DNA of 61,396 bases from a virus (taxonomy: Duplodnaviria; Caudoviricetes), in the IMG/VR virus record IMGVR_UViG_3300031949_000037, positions 1-61,396 of that record; one strand, 5' to 3'. The notes beneath the pieces are model-generated. The model searched no databases. It saw nothing but the letters and a program-made list of their open reading frames with translations, and had not been told where the DNA came from. Each line of letters opens with the position of its first letter. Position 1 is the first letter of the stretch. A program made the position numbers and the translations under genes. Shown here piece by piece: positions 43,986 through 53,735 of the stretch.

Positions 43986-44368
43986 ACGGCGCGCCGCCCA
44001 TCCGGCCCAATCCCCGGCTCTCGAACCCCGTCTCCCGCGGCGGGCCTAGGACCGTGCCCCTGCCGGCTTGGCTAAAGGGGGGCCGGTTCCTACGGCGGGC
44101 CATCCGACACCGCCGGGCGTGCCGTCTGTACCGTCGCCTCTGGGCCGATTGGCAGGTGGGCCGGCGCGCCATCCCGGCCATCTGGCAGGACACGCACCCC
44201 GTAGAGCTAGGCCGGGTTCGGCGCGACTTCTTCCGCCAACTGACCGCCCAACAGCGGGCCTGGAAGCGCCTCGAGAGAGCAAGCGCCCGCATGATAGCGG
44301 CGCTCAGCGCCGTGGGCGTAACGACGGCTGAAGTAGCGGCTATGCTGAAAGAGGAGAGCGACGAATGA
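43982..44368 (+). CDS. Basic hypothetical protein
   Basis: ATGA coupling at both ends. Confidence 0.45.
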   Translation: MNGAPPIRPNPRLSNPVSRGGPRTVPLPAWLKGGRFLRRAIRHRRACRLYRRLWADWQVGRRAIPAIWQDTHPVELGRVRRDFFRQLTAQQRAWKRLERASARMIAALSAVGVTTAEVAAMLKEESDE

Positions 44369-45630
44369 GGATCGTGGTACTGAGCGAGCTGAACCTGGAC
44401 GGCGGCTCGGGCTACACTACCATCGGCCGGGCCGTGGCCGCTGGCCTGGGTGCCCGCGGCCACGACGTCAAGGTCCTCGCCTTTAACTACCGGGGTACGG
44501 AGCACCGCCTGCCGATCACGGTCTTGGGTGCCGACGAGCGCTTCCTCGTGCCCCATATCCGCCAGCTAGGCCTCGCCTGGGGCATCGAAGTGGTGATCGC
44601 CATCGCCGACATCACGAAGCACCTGGAATGGCGCCCGGTGATGGACGCCGGCTACCCCTACGTGGGCATCTTCCCCCTGGAGAGTGAGCCCCTAATCCAT
44701 CCTAGCGAGTGGACGCGAACCATCGACGGGATGGCCGCCGCCCTTGTCGAGACGGAATGGGCCACGCGGCTGTGCGTCGACGTGGGCCTGGCGGCCCGCC
44801 ATATCCCCATCGGGATTGACTCCGCCTTCTGGCGCCCGCCGACGCCCGAAGACCGCGACAAGATGCGCGACAAGCTGGGCGTCGCCGAGCGGTACGTCCT
44901 ACTTACCGTTAGCGACAACCACGAGCGCAAAAACCTGCCGGCGGTCTTCGCTACGGCGGCCTTCCTCCGGGGCCGCGAGTTCGCTTGGCCCCCCGGTAGC
45001 GCCGAGGCGGTCTGCCTACCGGTCGGATCATCGGAAGACTACTACCTGATCGTTAACACCAAGCGCCGGCCCGAGGCCGTGGGCTACCACCTGTGGGACC
45101 TGGCCAATAGGTTCCAGCTTCAGAACGACACCACGTTCTACCAGCACGAGCGCAGGGCAGGCCTTAGCGACGAGGAGCTTCGGAACCTATATTGGGCGGC
45201 CGACTGTTTCGTGCTTTTATCAAAGGCCGAGGGGCTGGGCCTACCCGTGATGGAGGCCATGGCGTGCGGTCTGCCGTGCGTCTGCACAGACGCCGGCGGG
45301 ATGGCGGAGAACCTAGCCGATGGCCGCGGCTGGCTCATCGCGCCCGAGTACACGTACCTGGACCCCTTCTGCAACCAGGTACGGCGCTTCGCCGACCCCT
45401 ACCAGGCCGCTAAGGCCGTCGTGGAGCTACGGGCCCGGCCCGAAGAACGGGAGCGTCGGATCGGGACCGCCCTGGCATGGGCTGCCGGGCGTTCGTGGGA
45501 CAAGGCGCTCGACGTTGTAGAGGAGGCGTTAGATGGGCTCAAAGCTAAGAAGGAACAGGCGGCCGGGGCGGTCCCACCAGCGGGCGCCTACGCCAGCCCT
45601 ATCGCCGGCGGCCATCCCTCTACGCGGTAG
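44365..45630 (+). CDS. Glycosyltransferase family 4
   Basis: SGY, PIGID, NHERKNL, EGLGLPVMEAMACGLP. Confidence 0.92.
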   Translation: MRIVVLSELNLDGGSGYTTIGRAVAAGLGARGHDVKVLAFNYRGTEHRLPITVLGADERFLVPHIRQLGLAWGIEVVIAIADITKHLEWRPVMDAGYPYVGIFPLESEPLIHPSEWTRTIDGMAAALVETEWATRLCVDVGLAARHIPIGIDSAFWRPPTPEDRDKMRDKLGVAERYVLLTVSDNHERKNLPAVFATAAFLRGREFAWPPGSAEAVCLPVGSSEDYYLIVNTKRRPEAVGYHLWDLANRFQLQNDTTFYQHERRAGLSDEELRNLYWAADCFVLLSKAEGLGLPVMEAMACGLPCVCTDAGGMAENLADGRGWLIAPEYTYLDPFCNQVRRFADPYQAAKAVVELRARPEERERRIGTALAWAAGRSWDKALDVVEEALDGLKAKKEQAAGAVPPAGAYASPIAGGHPSTR

Positions 45631-46417
45631 CGTCGACGCCGTCGTCTGCGTACGCCATCACGTAGAGCGGCTAGCGCTTTGCCTGGGCGCCATCCGGGAG
45701 CACCTGCCAGCGGACGCCACCATCATCGTCGCCGATGCACCGCCTGGGGCATCGCCCGAGGCCCAGGCTGGCGAGCGCCACATGGAGATCGCCCGCGTGG
45801 CCCGTGAGGCCGGCGGCCGGACCGTAATCAACGGCCGCGGTCCCTGGGAGTGCAGGAACCGGGCTGCCGCCCAGGGGTACGCGCCGCTGATCCTCTTCCT
45901 CGACGGCGACGTGGTCCTAACGCCGGGCGTCTGGCTGGCCCTGGCAGGGGTGATGGAGCACGAGGAGGTGGGCATCGCTAGCGGGCTCCTGCTTTGGGAT
46001 GAGGGCATGGCGCCCCGCGACTTCCCTCTAATGCCATCGATCAAGTTCGCCGGCTACGCCTTCGGGGCCCGGCGCCTCCCTTACTCCCGGTTTGTGGGCT
46101 GGCTACCCGACAACCCCAAGGTCTACCCCCGTCGGGATCTGCAAGCCGTTAGCGCAGCCTTCATGTTGACCCGCCGCGCGCTCTGGCGGTCCCTCGCCGG
46201 CTTCGCGCCCGACTACGGGAGCCGGCCCCTGGCCGACGTAGACTACTGCATCCGGGCCCGCAGCCAGGGGCCGATGGTCGCCTTCGAGCCGACAGCGGTA
46301 GCGATGGCCGGCATGGAACCCCTAGCTGACGACGTCGTCCTGCTCCAGCAGGGCGGCGCTATCCTAGATGCCCGCCTGGGCCCCCATCGGCTCTACGACG
46401 AGCACGTCCTGCTCTAG
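45533..46417 (+). CDS. Glycosyltransferase family 2
   Basis: RNRAA, LFLDGD, AVSAAFML, DVDYCIRA. Confidence 0.85.
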   Translation: MGSKLRRNRRPGRSHQRAPTPALSPAAIPLRGSVDAVVCVRHHVERLALCLGAIREHLPADATIIVADAPPGASPEAQAGERHMEIARVAREAGGRTVINGRGPWECRNRAAAQGYAPLILFLDGDVVLTPGVWLALAGVMEHEEVGIASGLLLWDEGMAPRDFPLMPSIKFAGYAFGARRLPYSRFVGWLPDNPKVYPRRDLQAVSAAFMLTRRALWRSLAGFAPDYGSRPLADVDYCIRARSQGPMVAFEPTAVAMAGMEPLADDVVLLQQGGAILDARLGPHRLYDEHVLL

Positions 46418-46431
46418 CGTCGCCCGCCCAC

Positions 46432-46448
46432 GTCGACCATTCTGGTGA
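46432..46448 (+). promoter_or_regulatory. Putative late-promoter motif, upstream of head-tail genes
   Basis: GTCGACCATTCTGGTGA. Confidence 0.7.
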
Positions 46449-46462
46449 AGGAGGTTCGCCCT

Positions 46463-47182
46463 ATGCCCCCTCCTGACGCCGGTACGCTGCATCTGCTCCA
46501 GGCCGAGATGTACGCCGTGGGGTTCGCCACGGGCACGGTCGCGGCCGAAGACATGGCCTGGGAAGCGGCCTGGGAACAGGCCGAAACCCTGCTGGGGACC
46601 AACATCCTAACCGGCACCGTAGCCGGCGAGCGCCACATCTGGCCGCGCGGATGGGTCGACTACGGGACCAACTTCCGCTACCTCCAGCTCAAGAAGACGC
46701 ACCTGGTCTCCGTCGTCACTTGTACGCTAACGCATGACCTGGGGAACTGCGACTGCGGAACGGACGACGTGACCGCCTGCGCGCTGGAGTACAACCCCCG
46801 CCAGTCCATCATCGAGGTCCGGTCTAGCCAGGCCTCCATCAGCGCGGGGTGCGGCTGCGTTCTCTGCAACAAGGAAGCCTGGATCGACGTCACCTACATA
46901 GCCGGCGTCTGGAACACGCTGGCCGATATCCCGGCCACGGTAAAGCTGGCGCTGGTGACCCTAGCCCAGGACTGGAAGGGGCTAATGGCGACGGCCGGCG
47001 CGGCCGCAGCGGCCGCCTTCGTCGATCAGTGGTCCTCCATGGACTACTCCGAGAGGCGGGGCCTACTAACCAAAACGGCGGCCGGTTCATCGCCGGCCGC
47101 TAACCTGGCGGCGGCGGTCTTCCGCAAGTACAAGGTGAGCCGGATGGTGGCACTACGGGGCCGGCCTAGCGTCACCGGTTAG
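46463..47182 (+). CDS. Head-tail connector/adaptor
   Basis: AAGGAGG RBS; AETLLGT..VTYIAG..IPATVKLAL pattern; position. Confidence 0.65.
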   Translation: MPPPDAGTLHLLQAEMYAVGFATGTVAAEDMAWEAAWEQAETLLGTNILTGTVAGERHIWPRGWVDYGTNFRYLQLKKTHLVSVVTCTLTHDLGNCDCGTDDVTACALEYNPRQSIIEVRSSQASISAGCGCVLCNKEAWIDVTYIAGVWNTLADIPATVKLALVTLAQDWKGLMATAGAAAAAAFVDQWSSMDYSERRGLLTKTAAGSSPAANLAAAVFRKYKVSRMVALRGRPSVTG

Positions 47183-47233
47183 GCGCTGCGCGGCTGGTGT
47201 TCTGATAATTTCGGGAATAAAAGCAGGCAATGC

Positions 47234-47602
47234 ATGGAAGGGCTGAACATCACCGTCGACATCTACGCGCGGGCCGAGGGCGGCGATGACACCGTAGGCG
47301 GTGCCGTCCGGGCTGATGCTCTGCGCTACGGCGGGGTCCTGGCGCGGATCGCCAGTGACCGGGTATCGGCCGAGTTCCGGGCCCAGGGCGTCGAGCTACC
47401 GCGTACGGTTAGGATCATCCTCTGGCCCGATAGCGCCATCGGCGTGCGCGCCGGCGACATCGTCGTGCCGGTGTCGGGCGCCTGGGCGGGCCAGCGCCTA
47501 CGGGTAACGGGCATCCAGCGCTCCAGCGTCGCACAGGCCGATCCCCGGTCGCACATTCAGCTAACCGCCATCCACACCGATTGGGCGGACCGCGAGGAGT
47601 AA
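47234..47602 (+). CDS. Head closure (stopper) protein
   Basis: Size, position and DDTVGG..VRAGDIV pattern. Confidence 0.6.
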   Translation: MEGLNITVDIYARAEGGDDTVGGAVRADALRYGGVLARIASDRVSAEFRAQGVELPRTVRIILWPDSAIGVRAGDIVVPVSGAWAGQRLRVTGIQRSSVAQADPRSHIQLTAIHTDWADREE

Positions 47603-47606
47603 CGCC

Positions 47607-48020
47607 GTGCCGTCTAGCGTCGAGCGCACCCATAGGCTGAGGCGCGGCGCCCAGCGCCTAGACGCCGAGCTCCGCCAGGGCCTACGGCTGGGTGCCATGG
47701 TAGTGAAGGCTGCGGCCCAGGAGGGTGCGCCCGAGCTCACGGGCCAAATGACCAGGAGCGTGACGATCAGCCAGCCTAAATGGAGCGGCGGGCGCCTGGT
47801 GATCTACGTGGGGCCGGGCCCCGAGAGCAAAGCCTATTCAAAGTATACCGAGCTACCCCGCTACATCCGGCTACGGCCCGGCCTAGGGCCCATCAGCAGG
47901 GCCAAGGGCGCCAGGAAGCCATGGCTGAAGCCAGCGCTCGAGGAGAACCGGGGGGCAGTGATGGCCCTTATCCGGGGGGCAGTCCGTAAGGGGCTACGGG
48001 AGATGGCGAGGTCCGGCTAG
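47607..48020 (+). CDS. HK97 gp10-like neck protein
   Basis: APELTGQMTRS..YSKYTE..KPWLKPALE. Confidence 0.7.
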   Translation: MPSSVERTHRLRRGAQRLDAELRQGLRLGAMVVKAAAQEGAPELTGQMTRSVTISQPKWSGGRLVIYVGPGPESKAYSKYTELPRYIRLRPGLGPISRAKGARKPWLKPALEENRGAVMALIRGAVRKGLREMARSG

Positions 48021-48021
48021 G

Positions 48022-48438
48022 ATGCTTTCCCCTCACGAGGTCCAGGCCGCTTTCATCACCCTACTGCAAGGCAACGCCGCCCTGGTCGCCGCCCTGGCCG
48101 GGCCCGAAGCGATTAAGGAGGCCGAATGGGCGGGCAGTAGCTTCGACTATCCAGCCGTCCGGCTGGACATCGCCGACATGCGGCCCCAGGGCAACGGCGC
48201 CTGTGCGGCTCGCTGGCTCTCGGTGACGGGTTCCATCATCGTGCTTAGCAAAGGCGATTCCTCGGCGGAATGCCTGACCGTCCTGGGGCTAGTGCAGAAC
48301 GCCATCCAGGGCCGGCACCTAACCGGTGCCGGCCTGACCAGCCTGGAGGTTCGCGTAGAGCAGGCCATCTACCCCTACAGGGAAGACAACATCTGGCGGG
48401 GCGAAATCCCCTTCGCTACCACCGTGATCCAGACCTAG
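48022..48438 (+). CDS. Tail terminator/completion protein
   Basis: VQAAFITLL..YPAV; lies before the tail tube gene. Confidence 0.6.
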   Translation: MLSPHEVQAAFITLLQGNAALVAALAGPEAIKEAEWAGSSFDYPAVRLDIADMRPQGNGACAARWLSVTGSIIVLSKGDSSAECLTVLGLVQNAIQGRHLTGAGLTSLEVRVEQAIYPYREDNIWRGEIPFATTVIQT

Positions 48439-48458
48439 GGGCCGTCTTCTCCATGCTT

Positions 48459-48475
48459 GTCGACCATTAGGGTGA
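48459..48475 (+). promoter_or_regulatory. Putative late-promoter motif, upstream of tail tube
   Basis: GTCGACCATTAGGGTGA. Confidence 0.75.
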
Positions 48476-48515
48476 TGAACCCTAGAGCTAAGCCCCGCAT
48501 GAGGGAGGTCTAGCA

Positions 48516-49154
48516 ATGCCGACGCTCGGAACCGGGACCGACATCCCCCTCGGGCCGGGGGTAGACGGCGAGGACATCTATATCGAGGGCGGCCCGACCA
48601 TTTGGTTCCAGGACTCCGAGGCCCCCGAGCTCCACGCGGCCGACAGCGACGGCTACTACTGGGGCCTGAGCGGGACCGCCACCTATCCCGTTTACGCTCT
48701 GGGCTGCTACGACGACCTGACCATCAGCGACAGCCGGACGTCCAACCCTGTGACGTGCGCCGCGCTGGGTAACGTAGCCCACATGCAGCGCCGCGACGCC
48801 CTGGAGATCGCCTTTACCCTCAAGGCCCTCTTCCCGCTCGAGACCCTCCGCCACATGATCGGCGGCGGCGCCGTGGTTCACAACGCGGCGGAGGAGACCT
48901 CCAAGATGGGGATCGGGGCGCTGCCGACCAACCAGTATTTCCACGTCTTCATGAGCCGCGTGTACGACGAAGACACCGGCGACTACGTCGCCCTCACCTT
49001 CCACAAGGTGCAGTTCATGGACGCCTCGCCGCTCACGCCAGCCTATGGGAAGGAGTGGACGTTCGGCATCAAGGCGATGGCCCTGGCCGACAGCGCCATG
49101 CCCAAGGCCCAGCGCTTCGCCACGATGCTACGGTACGATCCTAGCGTGCTCTAA
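48516..49154 (+). CDS. Major tail (tube) protein
   Basis: GGAGGT RBS; size and position. Confidence 0.7.
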   Translation: MPTLGTGTDIPLGPGVDGEDIYIEGGPTIWFQDSEAPELHAADSDGYYWGLSGTATYPVYALGCYDDLTISDSRTSNPVTCAALGNVAHMQRRDALEIAFTLKALFPLETLRHMIGGGAVVHNAAEETSKMGIGALPTNQYFHVFMSRVYDEDTGDYVALTFHKVQFMDASPLTPAYGKEWTFGIKAMALADSAMPKAQRFATMLRYDPSVL

Positions 49155-49181
49155 GAGCCGCCCCCGAGAGGGGGCCATGGC

Positions 49182-49859
49182 ATGGGCCCGGCGCCCGTAG
49201 ACTTCCTAGCAGCGCTCGACCTTAAGACGGCGGCGGCCGACATCACGATTGGCGGCCGCCGTCTCAGCATCCCGCGCGCCCGCCTGGGGCTTCACTACCA
49301 CCTAGAGGCCATCATGGCGGATGGCGCCGGCCAGCCGGGCGAGACGGCGGGGGCCTATGTGGCAGCGGCTACGGGGCTATCGCTCGAGGAAATAGACGCC
49401 GGGACGGCGGCCGAGCTGATGGCCGCCTTCGCCTCCCTCAGCCGCTTAAACCGCTTCCATGGAACGCTAGCCGTGCTCTGGCCCCGCCAGCCGGCGGGGC
49501 CAGATGGTCAGAAGCCCGAGAACTATCCACACCGCGCTCTCGCCTCCCTCGTCGCCAGGCTTTCTCACGCCTATGGCTGGACGGCCGACCATATCCTTGA
49601 AGGGCTGGGGCCAGAGGAGGCCATGTGCTACCTCCAAGAAGCCCAGGTCTTAGCGCATGAGGAGGCCGAAGAGCGATGGTTACTAGCAGGAGGAGCCGTC
49701 GACAAGGACGGCAAACCCCGCCCCTACCCACCGATAGCGTGGGGCACCCCGCCGGGGGAGGCGCCGGTCCGCCGGCCGCCCCGGCGCCTGCCGCCCTGGG
49801 CACAGCCGGCGGGGATCGTGATCCAGCCCGATCCCCCACCGACGCGGCGCGAGTCCTGA
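49182..49859 (+). CDS. Tail assembly chaperone-like protein
   Basis: Between tube and tape measure; LSHAYGWTADHIL motif. Confidence 0.55.
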   Translation: MGPAPVDFLAALDLKTAAADITIGGRRLSIPRARLGLHYHLEAIMADGAGQPGETAGAYVAAATGLSLEEIDAGTAAELMAAFASLSRLNRFHGTLAVLWPRQPAGPDGQKPENYPHRALASLVARLSHAYGWTADHILEGLGPEEAMCYLQEAQVLAHEEAEERWLLAGGAVDKDGKPRPYPPIAWGTPPGEAPVRRPPRRLPPWAQPAGIVIQPDPPPTRRES

Positions 49860-50254
49860 CCGTAGCCGGTAAGGACTACGCCGTCGAGGCGCCCACGGCC
49901 CGCGGCGGCCTGACGGCCGTTACCCTACTCCTACCCCACCTCGTTACCCTACGGCCAGCCATCGAACCACTGATCAACGGCCGGGAGAGCATGACGCGGG
50001 GCGAGCTCGGCCTGGCCGTGATCTTCGATGGTCTCCAGGCCCTAGCGCCGCTGCTGGAGCCCGACGCATTCCTCGACCTGGCCGCCGCCGTCACGGGCAT
50101 CCCGAAGGAGGTTATCGGCGAGGCCCGCTTCGACCAGGTCCTAACCGCCACCATGGCCGGCCTGGGCCGGCTGAACCTGCCCGCCATCATGGCATCGGCG
50201 ACGGAGCTATTCGCCATCGCCATGCAGACCGAGCAGCCGGGGGAGGCCGCCTAA
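49676..50254 (+). CDS. Second tail chaperone-like ORF (start unclear, -1 frame overlap)
   Basis: LTVAGKDYAV.. core; ends at the tape measure start. Confidence 0.5.
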   Translation: MVTSRRSRRQGRQTPPLPTDSVGHPAGGGAGPPAAPAPAALGTAGGDRDPARSPTDAARVLTVAGKDYAVEAPTARGGLTAVTLLLPHLVTLRPAIEPLINGRESMTRGELGLAVIFDGLQALAPLLEPDAFLDLAAAVTGIPKEVIGEARFDQVLTATMAGLGRLNLPAIMASATELFAIAMQTEQPGEAA

Positions 50255-53200
50255 ATGCCCGAGCCCATCGAGGAAGTCCGAGTCCGCGTATCGGCCGAGA
50301 CCAAGGGCTTCCTCGCCGGCGTAGACGCCGCCGTCGACCAGGCCGTCGCCCGCGTTAAGCGGTTCGGTAAGGCCGTCGATGACATGGGGGCGAAGTTCTC
50401 GACCGCCGGCCGCTCGCTGTTCATGGGGCTTACGGTCCCAATCCTCGCCGCCGGCGGCGCGGCCATGAAGCTCGGCATGGACTTCGGCGAGTCCCTTGAC
50501 CACATCGTGGGGCTGGCCGGCGTGGCGCGCGAGCAGGTGAACGCCTGGAAAGACGACATCTACGACATCGCCCGTGCGACCGCCAAGGGGCCCGGCGAGC
50601 TGGCCGAGGCCCTTTACTTCATCACCTCCGCCGGCATTAAGGGGGCGGCCGCCATCGAAACCCTCGACGCGGCGGCTCATGCCGCCGCAGCGGGCCTAGG
50701 CGAGACCCAGATCGTCGCCGACGCCGTCACCTCCGTCCTCAACGCCTACGGTACGTCGACGATCAGCGCGGCCGAAGCTACGGCCGTGCTCGTGGGCGCC
50801 GTCCGCGAAGGCAAGGGAGAGGCTAACGAGTTCGCCCCGGCCATCGGCCGCGTGATCCCCATCGCCTCACAGTTGGGCGTGTCCTTCGACCAGGTAGCGG
50901 CTGCCATTGCCGCCATGACCCGGACCGGCCTCGACGCTAATGAGGCCGTGACCGCCCTCCGGGGCATCTTTACCGAGCTTGTCCAAGGCGGCGGCCAAGG
51001 CGCCGAGGTTCTGGAGAAGGTGGGCCTATCGGCCGCCGGCCTGCAGGACCAGCTCCGTAAGGAAGGCCTGCTAGCTGTCCTCCGTACCCTGGCGGAGCGC
51101 TTCCGGGGTAACGTGACGGACCTCAGCATGTTCATTGGCAACGTCCGGGCCCTGACGGGCTTCATGACCCTGACCGGCCAGGACGCCCAGATGGTCAACG
51201 ACATCTTCTCCGCCCTGGCTAACACCACAGGGGAGGACCTAGCGACCGCCTTTGAGGCCGTCGCCGAGGGGCCTGGCTTCAAGCTCCGCCAGGCCCTCAA
51301 CATGATCCGCGTGGAGGCCGTCCGGCTAGGAGACGAGATCGGCCCTACCATCGTCGGGGTGATAGCGCCGGCGGTTCATCGCCTTACGGACGTCCTGAGC
51401 CGGCTGATCGAGCGGTTTAAGGAGCTGCCGCCCGAGGGCCAGAAGGCCGTCCTGCTCATGGCGGCCCTTGCTGCGGCGGCCGGGCCCTTCCTGATGGTCC
51501 TGGGTAGCATGGCATCCGGCGTGGGCGCCGTTATCCAGCTCCTAGCGCTCCTAGGGCCGGCCTTCACGATGGCCACGGGGCCTGTAGGGCTGGCCGCCCT
51601 CGCTGTAGGCGCCCTGGTAGGTGCCCTGGTCCTCTTGCGAAAAGAAGGCGTGGATGTCGAGGGCTACCTATGGCCGTTCCTAGAGGGACTGAAGGCCCTG
51701 CGGGATCTGTCCATAGCCGTAGCTAAGGGAGTGGGTGACCTGGCCTCCAGCCTGGACTTCGGTAAAGGAATCGACGGCTCTGCGGCATCCCTTCTCGCCC
51801 TAGCCGCCGCCTTAACGGCCGTGCTGGTCGCGGCTAACCCGGTGGTCGCCATCCTAGTCGGTGCCGGCGGGCTGATCTGGGCCATCGGCGTACTCCGGGC
51901 CGACGTCGAAACCCTACCGACGCCGCTGCTGAAGCTGCGCGAGATGCTGGACCTGACGGCCCTAGGCTTCCTAGAGCTGGCTGACGCCATCCTGGCCCTC
52001 CCGGACCTGGAGTTCGGCCCTATAGACCTGACGCCATGGCATACCGCCGTCGACGACCTACGAGCTAAGATCGACGACTCCAAGACCTCCATCCTCAGCG
52101 ACCTAGACCTGGTACAGAACGGCTTTGACGCCCTCAGCACCCGCAACGCCGAGGCCGAAATCCTACGCCTTACTGGCGTGGTAGTGGACTTCGGCAACGC
52201 CTCCGTTATCTCGCTCCAAAGGCTAGCCGAGCTCGAGGGCGTGACGGAGACGGAAGCCGCCCGCATTCTGGCTCGCCAGTACGGCCCGGCGGCTAAGGGC
52301 GAGACCATGGCCGAGGAGCTGGCGCGGCGGTTTGGCATCGGCGGTAAGAAGGCGGCCGCGCCGGGACCAACGCCGGGCCCCTCCGTCACGACGAAGGAAG
52401 AGACCGCCAAAACCGAGGCCTACAAGGACACTCTCGACGAACTGACGCGCTCGCTCCTGGGCTTGGGGCGGGCCTCGGGCATGACCAATGCCGAGCTCGC
52501 GGGCTATCCGTGGACACTGGAGCTAGCCCGCCGCGCCGCCGAGCGGCTGGGGCTTACCAGCGACGACCTGATCGACATCTTCCGGGCGACCGGCAAGGGC
52601 TTTGAGGACTTCATGCGGGCCCTGGCCGCCAGCGAGTCCCTAGACCAGCTAAAGCAGATCTCCGACTCCGTCGTGGCCAGCCTGAGCGACCTGCGTAGCC
52701 AGTTCAGCGCCCTCTTCGGCGCCCCTACCAGGGAGCAGGCGGCCATCACGTACCAGCTTAGCCAGCTAAAGCTCCGCCGGGCCCAGATGGTTGCGGCCGG
52801 CGCCACGGACGAAGCCCTGGCCGGCATAGACAAAGAGATCGCGCGCATCGAGGCTGTCAACGATCTCCGCCAGGCCGAGGTGGACGTCATGCGGGCCCAG
52901 CTCGACATGGCCGACCAGACCCTTCTAACGGACGCGGAGCAGGTATCGCAGGGCCAGGGGCTCATAGCCAAGATGGCAGACCTCTCGGCCGCGGCGCAGC
53001 CCGTGATCGATCTCTACCGTAGCCAGGCCGCTCTCATGCAGGGGTGGATGGACACGCTGGGCAAGATCATCTTCACGGCTGCGGCCCTACCCCTGCCGAC
53101 GGCCCAGGTGCCGGCGATGCAGGCGGGCGGGATCGTACCCGGTCCCTACGGGCGCCCCCGCCTGATCCTTGCCCATGGCGGAGAGCCCGTGCTACCGCTG

Positions 53201-53365
53201 GGCTCCGGTCTCAGCTTCAGCATGCCCGTGACGGTCAACATTGGGGGCGGCGCCGACTGGATGCAGATCTCGCGCCAGGCCCACCAGGCCATAGAGAGAG
53301 CCCTCCAGGAGGCCCGGACGCGGGGCTACCTCGCCGGCGCGCCCATAGCATCGGACATCCGATAG
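50255..53365 (+). CDS. Tail tape measure protein (TP901-like core)
   Basis: GLTVPILAAG, ELAEALYFITSAG, GVSFDQVAAAIA; C-terminal MQAGGIVPG..ILAHGGE. Confidence 0.93.
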   Translation: MPEPIEEVRVRVSAETKGFLAGVDAAVDQAVARVKRFGKAVDDMGAKFSTAGRSLFMGLTVPILAAGGAAMKLGMDFGESLDHIVGLAGVAREQVNAWKDDIYDIARATAKGPGELAEALYFITSAGIKGAAAIETLDAAAHAAAAGLGETQIVADAVTSVLNAYGTSTISAAEATAVLVGAVREGKGEANEFAPAIGRVIPIASQLGVSFDQVAAAIAAMTRTGLDANEAVTALRGIFTELVQGGGQGAEVLEKVGLSAAGLQDQLRKEGLLAVLRTLAERFRGNVTDLSMFIGNVRALTGFMTLTGQDAQMVNDIFSALANTTGEDLATAFEAVAEGPGFKLRQALNMIRVEAVRLGDEIGPTIVGVIAPAVHRLTDVLSRLIERFKELPPEGQKAVLLMAALAAAAGPFLMVLGSMASGVGAVIQLLALLGPAFTMATGPVGLAALAVGALVGALVLLRKEGVDVEGYLWPFLEGLKALRDLSIAVAKGVGDLASSLDFGKGIDGSAASLLALAAALTAVLVAANPVVAILVGAGGLIWAIGVLRADVETLPTPLLKLREMLDLTALGFLELADAILALPDLEFGPIDLTPWHTAVDDLRAKIDDSKTSILSDLDLVQNGFDALSTRNAEAEILRLTGVVVDFGNASVISLQRLAELEGVTETEAARILARQYGPAAKGETMAEELARRFGIGGKKAAAPGPTPGPSVTTKEETAKTEAYKDTLDELTRSLLGLGRASGMTNAELAGYPWTLELARRAAERLGLTSDDLIDIFRATGKGFEDFMRALAASESLDQLKQISDSVVASLSDLRSQFSALFGAPTREQAAITYQLSQLKLRRAQMVAAGATDEALAGIDKEIARIEAVNDLRQAEVDVMRAQLDMADQTLLTDAEQVSQGQGLIAKMADLSAAAQPVIDLYRSQAALMQGWMDTLGKIIFTAAALPLPTAQVPAMQAGGIVPGPYGRPRLILAHGGEPVLPLGSGLSFSMPVTVNIGGGADWMQISRQAHQAIERALQEARTRGYLAGAPIASDIR

Positions 53366-53374
53366 GAGGCAGCC

Positions 53375-53734
53375 GTGGCCGGCTTTGGAGGCTTCACATT
53401 CGCCGCCGACGAGGGCGCCGCGCCCGGTAGCGATAGCGGATGGGTGACGACGCTCAAGACGGACCGGGCTACCCCTCTGGGTTCGGCGCGCGATAGCATC
53501 GTGACGCTAGGCGTAGGGTCGGCTACCCGCGCCTTTGAGGTCTCCCTTACCCTAGCCAGATACGCCGTGCTGCTGGCCCTGCTCAACACCGTGGCCACCT
53601 TCACCGATTGGGAGGACACGCCGAACTCCCGCGCGGCCTTCCTGGCCGGCGTCGCGCCCGTAGATCAATCGGGCCCCTGGAGCGGCGAGGCCGAGAACCG
53701 GATTACTGTGCGGGTAGAGCTCGTTTCGCAGTAG
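53375..53734 (+). CDS. Distal tail protein-like
   Basis: Follows tape measure; AGGAGG RBS. Confidence 0.55.
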   Translation: MAGFGGFTFAADEGAAPGSDSGWVTTLKTDRATPLGSARDSIVTLGVGSATRAFEVSLTLARYAVLLALLNTVATFTDWEDTPNSRAAFLAGVAPVDQSGPWSGEAENRITVRVELVSQ

Positions 53735-53735
53735 C

